A DNA stretch of 64,000 nucleotides from positions 64,001 to 128,000 of IMG/VR virus record IMGVR_UViG_3300036770_006954; one strand, 5' to 3'. Shown here piece after piece: positions 49,547-59,637 of this stretch; within the stretch, counting starts at the first letter, position 1; each line of letters begins with the position of its first letter. Source of the DNA: a virus. The notes under the pieces were generated by a model. It was given only the letters and a program-made list of their open reading frames with translations. It made no database searches and was not told the origin of the DNA. The position numbers were made by a program, and so were the translations under genes.

Positions 49547-51424
49547 TTAGGAATTTAACAACTTATCTAACTCTTCTTCTATTTTACCTAAACTTTGTTG
49601 TGCAATACCCAAATTAAGAAACTGACTACCATATAAATCGGTCTCAATTAAAAGATTCATGTCTTTATTTTGAGTAGATTCGGGAGTAATTTCCGCCTCT
49701 TCAGGTGCGGTTCCTTCTTCAGGGGTTTCACCACCTAATTCAGCACCAAGGTCACCACCCAAGTCACCACCAATCTCAGGACCCGCATCAAAACTACCAC
49801 CACCACCAAATGCTGCCGCCGCTGGTTCAGAAGTTTCTCCTGGAGGTGCTTGTGGAGCCCCTTCACCAGGTTTGTTTCCGTACAACTTATCAAGTTGGTC
49901 GAACAATCCTGTCTTAGAAATTACTGTTGGAGTATTCTTCAACTCCTCACCAATAGCTCTTTCCATTCTCTGTTGTAGAAGGTCAGTTCTGATTTCATCA
50001 TCTGACCAATTAAAAATGTGTTTCTTGGCCCAAGTAGATGACGCTGGTTGAATACCATTACCTGGGTCTGAAACTAAATCACGATACAATAGAACTTTTT
50101 CTTTCCAAATATCAACCTTGAGTAGGTCGGCTTGCGTTGATGGGTTAGTAAGACCTAAGGTAAAATTAGAAATCTCCTCTTCAAACCCAAGTAGAAATAA
50201 GTGAATGATTGCAATCTTGTTAAGTTCTTGCAACATCGACTTTTGAATTCTATTAATGGTTCTTGCAAATCGGATATCCATCAGAGCCAAAGTTTTACCA
50301 TCACCAACAACTTCCTCAAAACCTAAAAACGCCTTAGGAATTCTAAGAGCAGTAACAAGTTTTTTCTGAATGTATTCGATGTCTGCAATTTCCGAAAGAT
50401 TTTGAGCACCAGGTAAAGTTTCGATTGGCGATGGTTGTGCTGGGTCCCTTACAGGAATGAAGAAGTCTTGGTCTACAGCCATTTGGTTGAATCTCATGTC
50501 TACATTACCTGTCTTTGAATCTACAATTTGTTCTCTCTTGAACTTGTTGGCAACACGCTGTACATAAGCCTCAACATCATCATCGTTCATGTTTCCAACA
50601 TAAACTTTAAAGATTCTTCTCTCAGGCGCTCGTGAAGTACGATAAATCAACATAGCATCTTCAGATAACAAAAGTTGTTTCCAAATACGACGAGACTTTT
50701 CTAACATAGAAGTACCGTAAGGTAGTTTTCTATCGTCACCTAATAATCTAAAGTGAGCAATTTCCCATGTTTGGAACTCCATATTTTGAGTTTTCCAAGT
50801 GAATCTTAATCCCTTGTCTTCAGTATTATTTTGTGGAACACCAACCGAAGCATTTCTTGTAGAAAGACCTTGCTCAAATCGTTCAATTTCGATGTTCGGA
50901 AGTTGTTGACAACCAATAACCCCCTTTTCAGGGTCCAATCTCATATAAACGAAATTATCACCGTATTTACAAGTGTTTCTTGTCCACATCGGTAAATTGG
51001 TGTTAATATCCAAAGCATTGTTGAATAAATCGGCTAATACTGATTTAATCCTTTTTGATTCAGAATAAATTTGAAGAATTTGACCGTCCTCGTTTGGTGT
51101 GGTGGATTCTTCGGCATAGATATCCAAAGCTGCTGAGATTTCTGGAGTATACTCCATAGATTCATAATCGTAATACGAAGCCAGTCTGTTTGGTTCGTAG
51201 TAGATTGCTTGGGTGTATAAATTGTTTTCAACTTTAGCAAACTGATTCGCTAAATAAAAAGATTGTTTGGCTTGGAGTTTCTCTCTTTCGTATTCTGTCT
51301 TGTCAGTTGTCCTGAGGAGTTCTCTTTTGTCTAACTTATAGACAGGAAAATCTTGGTTCATTAAGGCATCGGGCCCCAAAGCCCTTGTCAGTCTTTGCCA
51401 AACCGTTAGATTTCTATTTTCCAT
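49547..51424 (-). CDS. Portal protein (T4 gp20-like)
   Basis: PEISAALDIYAEE, EDAMLIYR..RAPERRIF.V.VGN, IETLPGAQNL.EIADIEY. Confidence 0.93.
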   Translation of the reverse strand: MENRNLTVWQRLTRALGPDALMNQDFPVYKLDKRELLRTTDKTEYEREKLQAKQSFYLANQFAKVENNLYTQAIYYEPNRLASYYDYESMEYTPEISAALDIYAEESTTPNEDGQILQIYSESKRIKSVLADLFNNALDINTNLPMWTRNTCKYGDNFVYMRLDPEKGVIGCQQLPNIEIERFEQGLSTRNASVGVPQNNTEDKGLRFTWKTQNMEFQTWEIAHFRLLGDDRKLPYGTSMLEKSRRIWKQLLLSEDAMLIYRTSRAPERRIFKVYVGNMNDDDVEAYVQRVANKFKREQIVDSKTGNVDMRFNQMAVDQDFFIPVRDPAQPSPIETLPGAQNLSEIADIEYIQKKLVTALRIPKAFLGFEEVVGDGKTLALMDIRFARTINRIQKSMLQELNKIAIIHLFLLGFEEEISNFTLGLTNPSTQADLLKVDIWKEKVLLYRDLVSDPGNGIQPASSTWAKKHIFNWSDDEIRTDLLQQRMERAIGEELKNTPTVISKTGLFDQLDKLYGNKPGEGAPQAPPGETSEPAAAAFGGGGSFDAGPEIGGDLGGDLGAELGGETPEEGTAPEEAEITPESTQNKDMNLLIETDLYGSQFLNLGIAQQSLGKIEEELDKLLNS

Positions 51425-51466
51425 ACTTGTCTAAAGTTAATCTTTCTTAGATTATTATAAATACTT

Positions 51467-53227
51467 TTACCTCCCAAATAACCACCCATACTTTTGATAA
51501 TCAGTTCTACTTGCAGTATAATCTTTGGAATGAATCATACCGGGGTCTTTAAACTGAGGTAACGATGGATTAAAATATTCAGATTTTTCTTTGTTTTCAG
51601 TAACTATGGTTGACCAAGAATCTAACATTGCCTTAGTATGGTTTACAACTTTAACCAATGAAGGAAAGGCTGCCTCTGCAACATAAGTTGCCATTGCAAT
51701 AGACATAATACAATCGTCATGATGGCCTTTTTGGTGGTCGGGTCTTCCATTGATGTAAACAAAAGTTCCCATTTCATTTACTAATCTACTCGAACGAATC
51801 TTAAATTCATGTCTAATTGATTCTTCAAAAGAAGCGATAATTTGAACTCTTTTGTTGTTAAAATTGATTCCTGGTATTTTTTCTTTAACCCTAGGGTCAT
51901 ATTTCCATTTATTTGCCATGTCGATTCCATCATAGAAAAAATTTTCATATCCTATTTCTTGTAACTTTCGTGCAGTTGCAACACCCATTCCACCTGTCAA
52001 ATCAATAACACAAAGGGCACTATACATAATACCCCACTTATAAGCGATTTCGGCTAATGTATCGGGTGGTATTTTACCAACAAATTCTAATACCTGTTCT
52101 TTTTCATCAAAATCAATAATTTCAATACAAGAAAAATCCTCAGAATCCCCTCGAGAAACATCAATACCCATTACATATTTGTGACCATTTATAGGTTCTT
52201 TCCAAATCCATAATTGACCACCAACTAATTTGGCACTCGGTTCTCTAACATCATTTTTTTGAATATCCTGTAAAAGTTGTGAATCGAATACATTATCACC
52301 CGAACCTAAGAAATTACACTCCAATTCTTGAGCAACCTTTCTCCTATCATATTTGAGTTTTTTAACCATACTCTCAAACCAAGAAGAACAAGGTTTGTAA
52401 CCATCTTCAATATATTTGTGAAGAGTTTCCAAACTTCTTTCCCTTCTATTTTCTGCGGATAAATCAATGACAACATCAGAAGGATATTCATGTTTGTTAA
52501 GTAGGTAATGGACTAAATCGTTAGTCTTAACCATATACAAATCTTTGGTGTATCGGGGGTCACGATACCAATACATTTCAGTGATTTTGAAATCATTCAT
52601 ACCACGAAGTGCTTGGTCATAGATTTCGTAGTAAATTGGGTCAAAACCGTTAGGTGTTGAAATCACTACGACTTTACCTCCGGTAGAAAGAGATGCCATA
52701 CAAGCAGCCCAGAAATCACTGTCGGCTTCAATAAACGCCGCCTCATCAAAAATAAGTGTGGTGGGGGTGTATCCACGAAGTGCGTCTCGTGAAGTTGCAA
52801 CCGCTTTTACCTCGCACCCATTTGTTAGTTTGAAGTGGCGTGCAGAATTTTTTTCAGGTGCAAACCCAATACCAACCCAACTTGGCCATTGTTCAGTAAA
52901 CCCACGAATTTTATTTGCAAATTCTACTGATGTATCTAACTTATTGGCAATGATTAGAATTTTTTCAGGTTTTTCTTTTCGAGCAAAGGCTAGTCTTTTA
53001 CTAGCCCATGCTGCGGTTACTGTAGAGACACCCGCCTGACGATACTTTAATGCAATGTTTTCATTGTATTCCTCATAGTCCTCCACCAATTGAACTTGGT
53101 CTTGGAATAACTCTAAGGGTACATATCGGGATACTGTGTTATCGTAAGTCTGTAAATAAGTTTTTAGAGCGTAAGGAGTGCTCTTCATGCACTTCTTATA
53201 CTCAATAATAACTTGTTCTTTTGTCAT
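51467..53227 (-). CDS. Terminase large subunit (T4 gp17-like)
   Basis: KYRQAGVST, LIFDEAAF, ISTPNG, QELEC.FLGS, GIDVSRG, HDDCIMS. Confidence 0.95.
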   Translation of the reverse strand: MTKEQVIIEYKKCMKSTPYALKTYLQTYDNTVSRYVPLELFQDQVQLVEDYEEYNENIALKYRQAGVSTVTAAWASKRLAFARKEKPEKILIIANKLDTSVEFANKIRGFTEQWPSWVGIGFAPEKNSARHFKLTNGCEVKAVATSRDALRGYTPTTLIFDEAAFIEADSDFWAACMASLSTGGKVVVISTPNGFDPIYYEIYDQALRGMNDFKITEMYWYRDPRYTKDLYMVKTNDLVHYLLNKHEYPSDVVIDLSAENRRERSLETLHKYIEDGYKPCSSWFESMVKKLKYDRRKVAQELECNFLGSGDNVFDSQLLQDIQKNDVREPSAKLVGGQLWIWKEPINGHKYVMGIDVSRGDSEDFSCIEIIDFDEKEQVLEFVGKIPPDTLAEIAYKWGIMYSALCVIDLTGGMGVATARKLQEIGYENFFYDGIDMANKWKYDPRVKEKIPGINFNNKRVQIIASFEESIRHEFKIRSSRLVNEMGTFVYINGRPDHQKGHHDDCIMSIAMATYVAEAAFPSLVKVVNHTKAMLDSWSTIVTENKEKSEYFNPSLPQFKDPGMIHSKDYTASRTDYQKYGWLFGR

Positions 53228-53233
53228 AATTCC

Positions 53234-54523
53234 TTAGTCAGGACGGGAAATACCCAAACCTGCTAAGAAATCTAAACCATCATCCTCGGAATCTTCATCC
53301 GTGTCAAAACTTTCGTATTCCTCCTTGTTTTGTTTTGCAATTGTAATCAACTCACGAAAAGAGTCGGTAGCTTTTGCAATTCTTTTGGTATCTTCAGAAA
53401 TGGCGTTTCCAACAATTTCCAAGAACTCCTCAGCAGGGAGTTTATAAAGTTCCATTTGGAACCAATTAATCAAACCTTTATTTTGTTCATCATATACCTC
53501 ATCAGGTAATGCAAAACGAATTTTTTCCACAATTTGTGGTCCAATTCTAAGAGACCATGCCTCCATAGGTAGGGTATCGGTTTGGCCCATAACTTTTTCA
53601 CGGGTAGTGGGGTCTTCAGGTAAACCATAACGACCTTTAGCTTCTTCCAATCCTTTGATTATTTCGTGACACACAATGGGAAATAACATCCCATAGGCTT
53701 TAATTACGGTGTCGGGAGAACTGTCACCATCCTCATCTTCAAAACCATCATCACCAGCATCTTCAAGTTCGACTTTTCCGGCAACTCCTTGACCTGTAGC
53801 ACTCATCATGTCAATCATTTGTTCCATGGTGAAGTACATGAAATCATTCAAAGACATAATTTCCAGATATGCAGGATAAAGTCTTGGGTCAATTTCATCA
53901 AGTTTTTCCCTAACCTCAGGTTTTTGGAAAAGATAGTGTCCCTTTTTCGCCGAACCTTGGATAATTGCGTTAATGATATTTCTTTTATGTTTTTCTAATT
54001 CTAAGACTTCTTCAGGAGTTACTTCATCAATGTCAAAGCCTGAATCAATCATAATCTTTTGTGCATCCTCTTCGTTTTCTTCTTCTAACTCGTCGGCTTC
54101 ATATCTGAAGTTACTGACATCGATTGGTTCACGATTTAAATTTGCCTCAACGATGAACCAATCTGAAGGTACTTGAGTATCCTCTAAACAAGCTTCGATT
54201 GCCAAGTTCTCTAAAGCATCTCTGTGTCTTGATTCAATTTGCATAATTTGAGGAACTTTCTGATACATTTCAGCAATCAACATTCTTCCTAACATTTGAG
54301 AACTAATTGATTCTCTGCCAGTAACTTCTCGAACTTTGTCTACAACTTGTTTGAATCGGTTAGTAACCAATCTTTGTACATCTTCAGGACCTTTACCCAT
54401 TGCAGGGTTTTTTGCATAAGGACTTTCAGGGTCTCTTAATTTTCTTTCGAGACTTGGGTCCATACGTTCGGGGTAATCCCCGTAATCAATTTGTTCCTGA
54501 ATTTTTCTATTTTTTGCCATCAC
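53234..54523 (-). CDS. Hypothetical acidic protein
   Basis: 429-aa ORF upstream of terminase. Confidence 0.65.
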   Translation of the reverse strand: MMAKNRKIQEQIDYGDYPERMDPSLERKLRDPESPYAKNPAMGKGPEDVQRLVTNRFKQVVDKVREVTGRESISSQMLGRMLIAEMYQKVPQIMQIESRHRDALENLAIEACLEDTQVPSDWFIVEANLNREPIDVSNFRYEADELEEENEEDAQKIMIDSGFDIDEVTPEEVLELEKHKRNIINAIIQGSAKKGHYLFQKPEVREKLDEIDPRLYPAYLEIMSLNDFMYFTMEQMIDMMSATGQGVAGKVELEDAGDDGFEDEDGDSSPDTVIKAYGMLFPIVCHEIIKGLEEAKGRYGLPEDPTTREKVMGQTDTLPMEAWSLRIGPQIVEKIRFALPDEVYDEQNKGLINWFQMELYKLPAEEFLEIVGNAISEDTKRIAKATDSFRELITIAKQNKEEYESFDTDEDSEDDGLDFLAGLGISRPD

Positions 54524-55382
54524 GAAGAATACTTTGGATTAGTTGTAATACATCTTTTTTAGCATCTTCCATTTCTTTTTTAGACGCCTTTGGTTTTGGA
54601 TTCGGTCCTTCAAATGGTTTTTTTCCTGGGTGAGCAGGACGAATTGATGGACGAGTACCGGGTTTTGTAGTAGGTTTAACAGGTGCGGTCTCAGTTTCCG
54701 ACTCACCCATTGATTGTAACATACCCAAATCTCCAATAGGACGACTCATACGGATACTCTTACCCTTCTTTGATTTTGGTTTGTAAACCGAGCGACGAAT
54801 GACACCTTGTTCGGCAATCATATCTAATATTTCTGCTTTGGACATTTTTGGTTCTAAATAATTTTCAACCAAAGATACAATTTCTTCCTCAATAAAAAAA
54901 TCCATCGGAGATTTTCCTTCCTTCAAACTTTTTTTGACTTGTCTAACACATCTTTCAAACTTGGCGTTTTTCTTAGGTCCTAACTGTGAGTGGCATATTG
55001 CCCAAGGATTGTTTTCATCTTTTTCTTCCTCTGACATATCCTCTTTTTTATCAATTTCAGTATCCCCTAAATCACTCATACCGTCAGGAGCTTGAACTTG
55101 GTGTGGAGCTTGAGTGGTTGCACCACCTTGAGCACTACCCATGTAGTCCATATCATCCTCAGTCATCTCAGTTTCAATACGAACATTTATACCTCTTGAT
55201 GTCAAATCTTTGAGTTTTCCTGGGTCTTGAGTTGCCTTTTCTGCGGAAATCATAACTGCACCTTGTTCTAAAATAGTGAGTTTCTCGAGAAGTACATCCA
55301 TTTGATTCTCGTTTAATTTAACAACGGTTGTTGGTGATAATCCCATTTCAACCAATTTTACAATTTTTTCCTTAGTTTTCAT
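54507..55382 (-). CDS. Hypothetical putative head-internal protein
   Basis: ATG at 55382; NPWAIC motif; multiple LxE sites. Confidence 0.55.
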   Translation of the reverse strand: MKTKEKIVKLVEMGLSPTTVVKLNENQMDVLLEKLTILEQGAVMISAEKATQDPGKLKDLTSRGINVRIETEMTEDDMDYMGSAQGGATTQAPHQVQAPDGMSDLGDTEIDKKEDMSEEEKDENNPWAICHSQLGPKKNAKFERCVRQVKKSLKEGKSPMDFFIEEEIVSLVENYLEPKMSKAEILDMIAEQGVIRRSVYKPKSKKGKSIRMSRPIGDLGMLQSMGESETETAPVKPTTKPGTRPSIRPAHPGKKPFEGPNPKPKASKKEMEDAKKDVLQLIQSILRDGKK

Positions 55383-55767
55383 AAACAACTTCTTTTTCAA
55401 ACTCAAGAATTAAGTCTTTTTCGTAAAGTTTATTTTTTACCGATTCTTCCTCTTCACCAAATTTAAATACCAATCGATTGTTTTCATCATACTCTTCAAT
55501 TTCCCATCCTAAAGCAATAACACCGTCCATGGCATCGGACATATTAAAATAATCTGAGTTTTGAATGAGTTCTAATTTAACATCTGAGTTTCTAAGAACT
55601 CCGACTTTGTCGATATGTTCTAAATTAGGTGGTGTGGGGTATCCACTTGAAGGAGATGCCTCCCATGAATCACCCCACACATCTAAATTTTCTGAAAATA
55701 TAAATTCGTAGAGATTGTTTCCCTTATAATCAGGACCAAGTCCATTGATATAAGTTAGATATCTCAT
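55372..55767 (-). CDS. Hypothetical protein
   Basis: ORF coupled to neighbours. Confidence 0.6.
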   Translation of the reverse strand: MRYLTYINGLGPDYKGNNLYEFIFSENLDVWGDSWEASPSSGYPTPPNLEHIDKVGVLRNSDVKLELIQNSDYFNMSDAMDGVIALGWEIEEYDENNRLVFKFGEEEESVKNKLYEKDLILEFEKEVVYEN

Positions 55768-56930
55768 AAAACTATTCCTTCTACAGAAATTCTAATTTGT
55801 TTATTTTTATTTTCAAATACCAAATTTTTCTTGTTAGTTCTACCAACAAATTCAAAATCAGAATTTTCTTCTAAAAACTTTTTTCCCGCCAATTCCTGTT
55901 CAATGGTTTCAGATAGAGTTTCAATTTTTGAAATAAACGAATTAACTTTTTTCTTGTTTTCGATTTTTCTTTCTTCGAATAACTTTTTTGAAAGTTGTAC
56001 CTCTGAGTCAGTAACCTCAAAATACTTACTTAGGACTTTGTCGATTTTACTTTCTCTTACCGAGTTGAAGTCGTAATCTTCAGAACCCATACCTTCCATT
56101 GGTTCTTCCATAGAAACCTCATCTTCGATACCTAAATCCATTTCAGGTTCTCCACCCATATCAGAATCCATTTCAACATCTGACTCTACATCTTCAAACT
56201 TAGACATAATATCTTCCATATCTTCTGGTTCCAACTTAGTTAAATCGAGTGCGGAAAGAACCATGTTTATAACATATTTGATATCTTCAGAAGACATCCC
56301 TTCTTGGTCTTCAAGAGCTCTCATCTTTTGAGTTAACTTACCTGTAAGTTTTTGAATTACTTTGAAAGAAACTTTTTCTTCCATATCTTCACCACCTGTC
56401 ATCGGTTCTTCAGCCGGAACATCTAAATCAAGTTCTGCGTCCACCCCTAAATCAAGCTCATCCTCACCACCCATACTATCCATAGGTAATTCGGGTGCTG
56501 GAAGTGCAGCTGGTTCTGCGGGAACTGCAGGTGCTACAGCCTCAGGTGCTGGTGGAGTTGGTGTTTTTAAAACAAATTTCTTTTGTTCACCAAATAATTT
56601 AACTTCTTCAGTTTCTCCGTTTAACTCGTTTGTTTCTTTCACAATTAAGTTTAACTTCTTTAGAGCTTGTGAATATGAAGAATAATATTTTCTATTTTTC
56701 ATTGGCTCAATATAATCCAAGGTTGACTCATTCAATCCTTTTTTGATAATATACCCTTGTTTTTCTTTGACAATGTGGTAGTTCATACCGTCAGCCAAAT
56801 TAATTGAATAATCACTTGAACTTTCAGTAATACCGTTTGAGGGCATTCTGTAAGTGGCGATTTCCATAATTCTTTTCAATTTTTCGGTACCTTCTAATTT
56901 TTCACTACCGATTGGTTTAAGTTTTGCCAT
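55764..56930 (-). CDS. Hypothetical acidic putative head-internal protein
   Basis: ITE/LNE/VKE/LSE motifs; acidic linker. Confidence 0.6.
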   Translation of the reverse strand: MAKLKPIGSEKLEGTEKLKRIMEIATYRMPSNGITESSSDYSINLADGMNYHIVKEKQGYIIKKGLNESTLDYIEPMKNRKYYSSYSQALKKLNLIVKETNELNGETEEVKLFGEQKKFVLKTPTPPAPEAVAPAVPAEPAALPAPELPMDSMGGEDELDLGVDAELDLDVPAEEPMTGGEDMEEKVSFKVIQKLTGKLTQKMRALEDQEGMSSEDIKYVINMVLSALDLTKLEPEDMEDIMSKFEDVESDVEMDSDMGGEPEMDLGIEDEVSMEEPMEGMGSEDYDFNSVRESKIDKVLSKYFEVTDSEVQLSKKLFEERKIENKKKVNSFISKIETLSETIEQELAGKKFLEENSDFEFVGRTNKKNLVFENKNKQIRISVEGIVL

Positions 56931-56951
56931 GGTTTTTCTTTATTTAATTTT

Positions 56952-57830
56952 TTAATTGTTAAGTCCGTGCATTCCACCCAACTGAACTGCACTCATATCG
57001 ATAACAGTCCCTTGTCTTCCACCATCGGGATTTTCAGGGACCCAATCCACTGGGTGAGGATAAGGTGGGGTTGTGATTACTCCATCACAGTCAACGCACG
57101 CATTGGCTTCGTATTGCTCATTTACTTCAAACACACCAAAAGGTGTTGGTGTTGGAGTTGGTGTTGCAGTGCCAGTCGCAGTTTGAGTCGGTGTTGCTGT
57201 ATTTGACGCCGTAATACTTGGTGTGGGTGTATTAGTGTTGGTTGGTGTATTAGTTGGTGTATTTGATGGTGTTTGAGTAGGTGTATTAGTTGGAGTTTCC
57301 GTAGGTGTAACCGTTGCTGTTGCCGTAATACTCGGAGTAGGAGTATTTGATGCGGTTATACTTGGGGTAGGGGAATTGGTGGGTGTTTGAGTTTGTGTTT
57401 GAGTTGGGGTTACAGTGTTAGTTGGAGTTTGAGTTACTGTCGGTGTTGGTGTATTTGTTGACGTTTGTGTTTGAGTTGGCGTGTTACTTGGTGTTTGGGT
57501 TTGAGTTTGTGTTGGGGTAGGTGTATTTGTTGAAGTTTGGGTTTGTGTTGGAGTGTTACTTGGAGTATTTGTTGGTGTTGAGGTTGGAGACTCAGTTGGT
57601 GTTGGTGTTAAATCTCCCAAACATTCAATACAAGTTTCCCAAGGCCCGTTGAATACTGTGACTACTTGAGCTAAGGGAGTTTCATCAAAATTTACTAAGG
57701 TCCAACAACCAATGTTTGTTGACCCCGCTAATAATTCGTAAATTTTACCTGAAACTATTTTAGCTTCGGTGGCAAAAAATCTTGAAGGTTGACCCGTACA
57801 AGAAGTTCCAATAAAATAATTCAACGCCAT
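56952..57830 (-). CDS. Thr/Pro-repeat protein with CxxC-containing ends
   Basis: About 155-aa TP/TQ tract between CIEC and CVDC; late motif at 57844-57851. Confidence 0.65.
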   Translation of the reverse strand: MALNYFIGTSCTGQPSRFFATEAKIVSGKIYELLAGSTNIGCWTLVNFDETPLAQVVTVFNGPWETCIECLGDLTPTPTESPTSTPTNTPSNTPTQTQTSTNTPTPTQTQTQTPSNTPTQTQTSTNTPTPTVTQTPTNTVTPTQTQTQTPTNSPTPSITASNTPTPSITATATVTPTETPTNTPTQTPSNTPTNTPTNTNTPTPSITASNTATPTQTATGTATPTPTPTPFGVFEVNEQYEANACVDCDGVITTPPYPHPVDWVPENPDGGRQGTVIDMSAVQLGGMHGLNN

Positions 57831-57896
57831 GGACTTTTTTTTCTATAAATATTGTCGGTTAATAATAACTTTAATAAATAAATATCTAAATTGGTA

Positions 57897-58649
57897 TTAA
57901 TCTACCAATTTCACCTCAACTGATAATTCTTTGTCTGTTTGCCGACTGACAGTTGAATAAAGTTTTTCCAACAATCCCGACCTACGGAGGTATTTGAATA
58001 CCAAGTTTTCATAAGAATATTCCCCCTCTTTTTCGAGTCCTGACTTACGATAATCTTTTAATTTCTTTTTTAGTTTTTCAACTTTTTCTTCGTTGGCTTT
58101 AAGTCCTTCTTTTTTGATATTGGTGATAAGGTTTTGGATTTTGTCCTTCCAACTGTCAATTTTGGTTGTTAGGACCCCTCTTTCTAGTTGTGGTTTTTCT
58201 TTTGATGGTTTAGAAATCCACTCATCATTCAGTACGGAATATACTCCTGATGCAAAGTGAATCTCTTCAGAATCTTGTGGGTATAGTTCCACTTCGTAAC
58301 CGTATATTTTAATATCGTGTTTGTCATTAAAAATTTGTTTTTTAAGACCAAACAAATCTCTATAGAGTTGAGCTTGTTTTCCGAATTGATTGTAATCAAT
58401 GATAAGGTGGAGGTCAAAGTCGGAATATTCTGACCAGTTATAGTTTGATAGACTACCTGTCAGTACCACATCTTCAACTTCTAAGTCATCCACTAATGTA
58501 TCCCCGAAAGCTTCGGAGATTTTCATAAGTGCGTCTCTGACTTTTGGTTTCATCACCGCTTCAGATGCGTCGTCATAGTTTTCCCATACCTTTGGGTTAA
58601 GGGTGTCTCTAACTGCGAAACTCTGAAGTATAGTTGATAGTTGTGCCAT
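57897..58649 (-). CDS. Pol-beta-superfamily nucleotidyltransferase
   Basis: VLTGSLSNYNWSEYSDFDLH (GS...DxD) plus VELY. Confidence 0.8.
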   Translation of the reverse strand: MAQLSTILQSFAVRDTLNPKVWENYDDASEAVMKPKVRDALMKISEAFGDTLVDDLEVEDVVLTGSLSNYNWSEYSDFDLHLIIDYNQFGKQAQLYRDLFGLKKQIFNDKHDIKIYGYEVELYPQDSEEIHFASGVYSVLNDEWISKPSKEKPQLERGVLTTKIDSWKDKIQNLITNIKKEGLKANEEKVEKLKKKLKDYRKSGLEKEGEYSYENLVFKYLRRSGLLEKLYSTVSRQTDKELSVEVKLVD

Positions 58650-58669
58650 CTGAGATAAATACCTCCTTA

Positions 58670-58912
58670 TTAGAGTTTGGTGTATTTGAATTTTTTGGCA
58701 ATATCACTTGAGAAGTATTTTCCTTGAGATTCTGCCATTCTGAATTTCGTGTAGGTTGCGTGTGGAACTTCTTCGTATTGGTATTTGGTTCCATTTTTAA
58801 ATTCTACCACCATTTCTTTTGACTCGGTATCATAGGTACTTTTGATGATTGTTGTTGAATCAATCTCATTGATGATTTTTGTTCCGTCTATAGTTTCTTT
58901 TTTTACTCCCAT
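58670..58912 (-). CDS. KTSC-domain protein
   Basis: STTI....YD......VEFKNG..Y.Y..VP...Y..F..AESQGKYF. Confidence 0.88.
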   Translation of the reverse strand: MGVKKETIDGTKIINEIDSTTIIKSTYDTESKEMVVEFKNGTKYQYEEVPHATYTKFRMAESQGKYFSSDIAKKFKYTKL

Positions 58913-58965
58913 TGTAAAGATGTTTTATAGTTTAATTTATTAGTGTATTGTCAATTGATAAATAC

Positions 58966-58994
58966 AAAAAAACCCCCAACTTACGCTGAGGGTG
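58966..58994 (-). terminator. Intrinsic terminator after the UVR-domain gene
   Basis: Minus strand ACCCTCAGC-GTAA-GTTGGGGGT-TTTTTT. Confidence 0.75.
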
Positions 58995-59014
58995 AAAAAC
59001 AAGGTCATTAATTA

Positions 59015-59440
59015 TTAGGAAAGTTTCTTTATTTCATCTCTAAGTTCTATTGCTTTTTCAAAGTCTTGTTGGTCGACTGCTTTCATTAGTTGGAAGTTGA
59101 GGTCATCAATTTTGACTTTGTTGTCTTCCAAGTTTTTAATCTTGTCACGAAGTTCAACCGCTTTTTCAAACTCTTGGAGGTCCACCGCTTTTTTAAGTTC
59201 TTTTTTGAGACGCTCCAAGTTTGTAGATTCTTCGGTTTGTGGGGTACTACCTTGGGTTGACCTGAAGATTGTGGTGAATTGAATCATTCCATCTTCAGAG
59301 GTAAAGGTTTCTTTTGACCAATCCCCCAATTCATCTTTACCGGTTTCTTTTTGGGTTTTACCTTTATAGACAAATGGGTCTTGGTTTAACAAGGAGTTAA
59401 AAAGGTTGTCAAATTCGTCAAGTAATCTTCTTCTAAACAT
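59015..59440 (-). CDS. Tandem UVR (UvrB/C-motif) protein, putative ClpC adaptor
   Basis: LKKAVDLQEFEKAVELRDKI and LMKAVDQQDFEKAIELRDEI; ATG at 59440. Confidence 0.8.
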   Translation of the reverse strand: MFRRRLLDEFDNLFNSLLNQDPFVYKGKTQKETGKDELGDWSKETFTSEDGMIQFTTIFRSTQGSTPQTEESTNLERLKKELKKAVDLQEFEKAVELRDKIKNLEDNKVKIDDLNFQLMKAVDQQDFEKAIELRDEIKKLS

Positions 59441-59478
59441 TTTTTTAATTTTTAATTTGTTTATTTGACCCTGATAAG

Positions 59479-59580
59479 ACAAGTCCTGTACCAAATCAAA
59501 ATAACTGACAAAATGTCCGAAATAGTTGTATTTGTAAATAATTTCCTGACACGATGTCAAATATCAAGAAAATTCTGACA
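59479..59580 (-). promoter_or_regulatory. Putative sigma54 (-24/-12) promoter with TGACA-N3-TGTCA palindromes
   Basis: TGGTACAGGACTTGT on minus (59479-59493); TGACAAAATGTCC at 59506-59518, TGACACGATGTCA at 59547-59559, half site at 59576-59580. Confidence 0.5.
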
Positions 59581-59637
59581 AGGGTTTGGAATTGTCCTTT
59601 TTTTGATTAACCTTTGTACAAATCAATTTTAATAATC

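Noticed and set aside
43595-53227. Introns, inteins or homing endonucleases in MCP, portal or terminase
   Set aside because: ORFs are continuous; no intein splice motifs or HNH/LAGLIDADG/GIY-YIG motifs recognised
59441-59637. Longer starts for the UVR gene (59560) and clpC (59614)
   Set aside because: TTG starts running through the regulatory intergenic region; ATGs at 59440 and 59638 with A-rich leaders are more plausible
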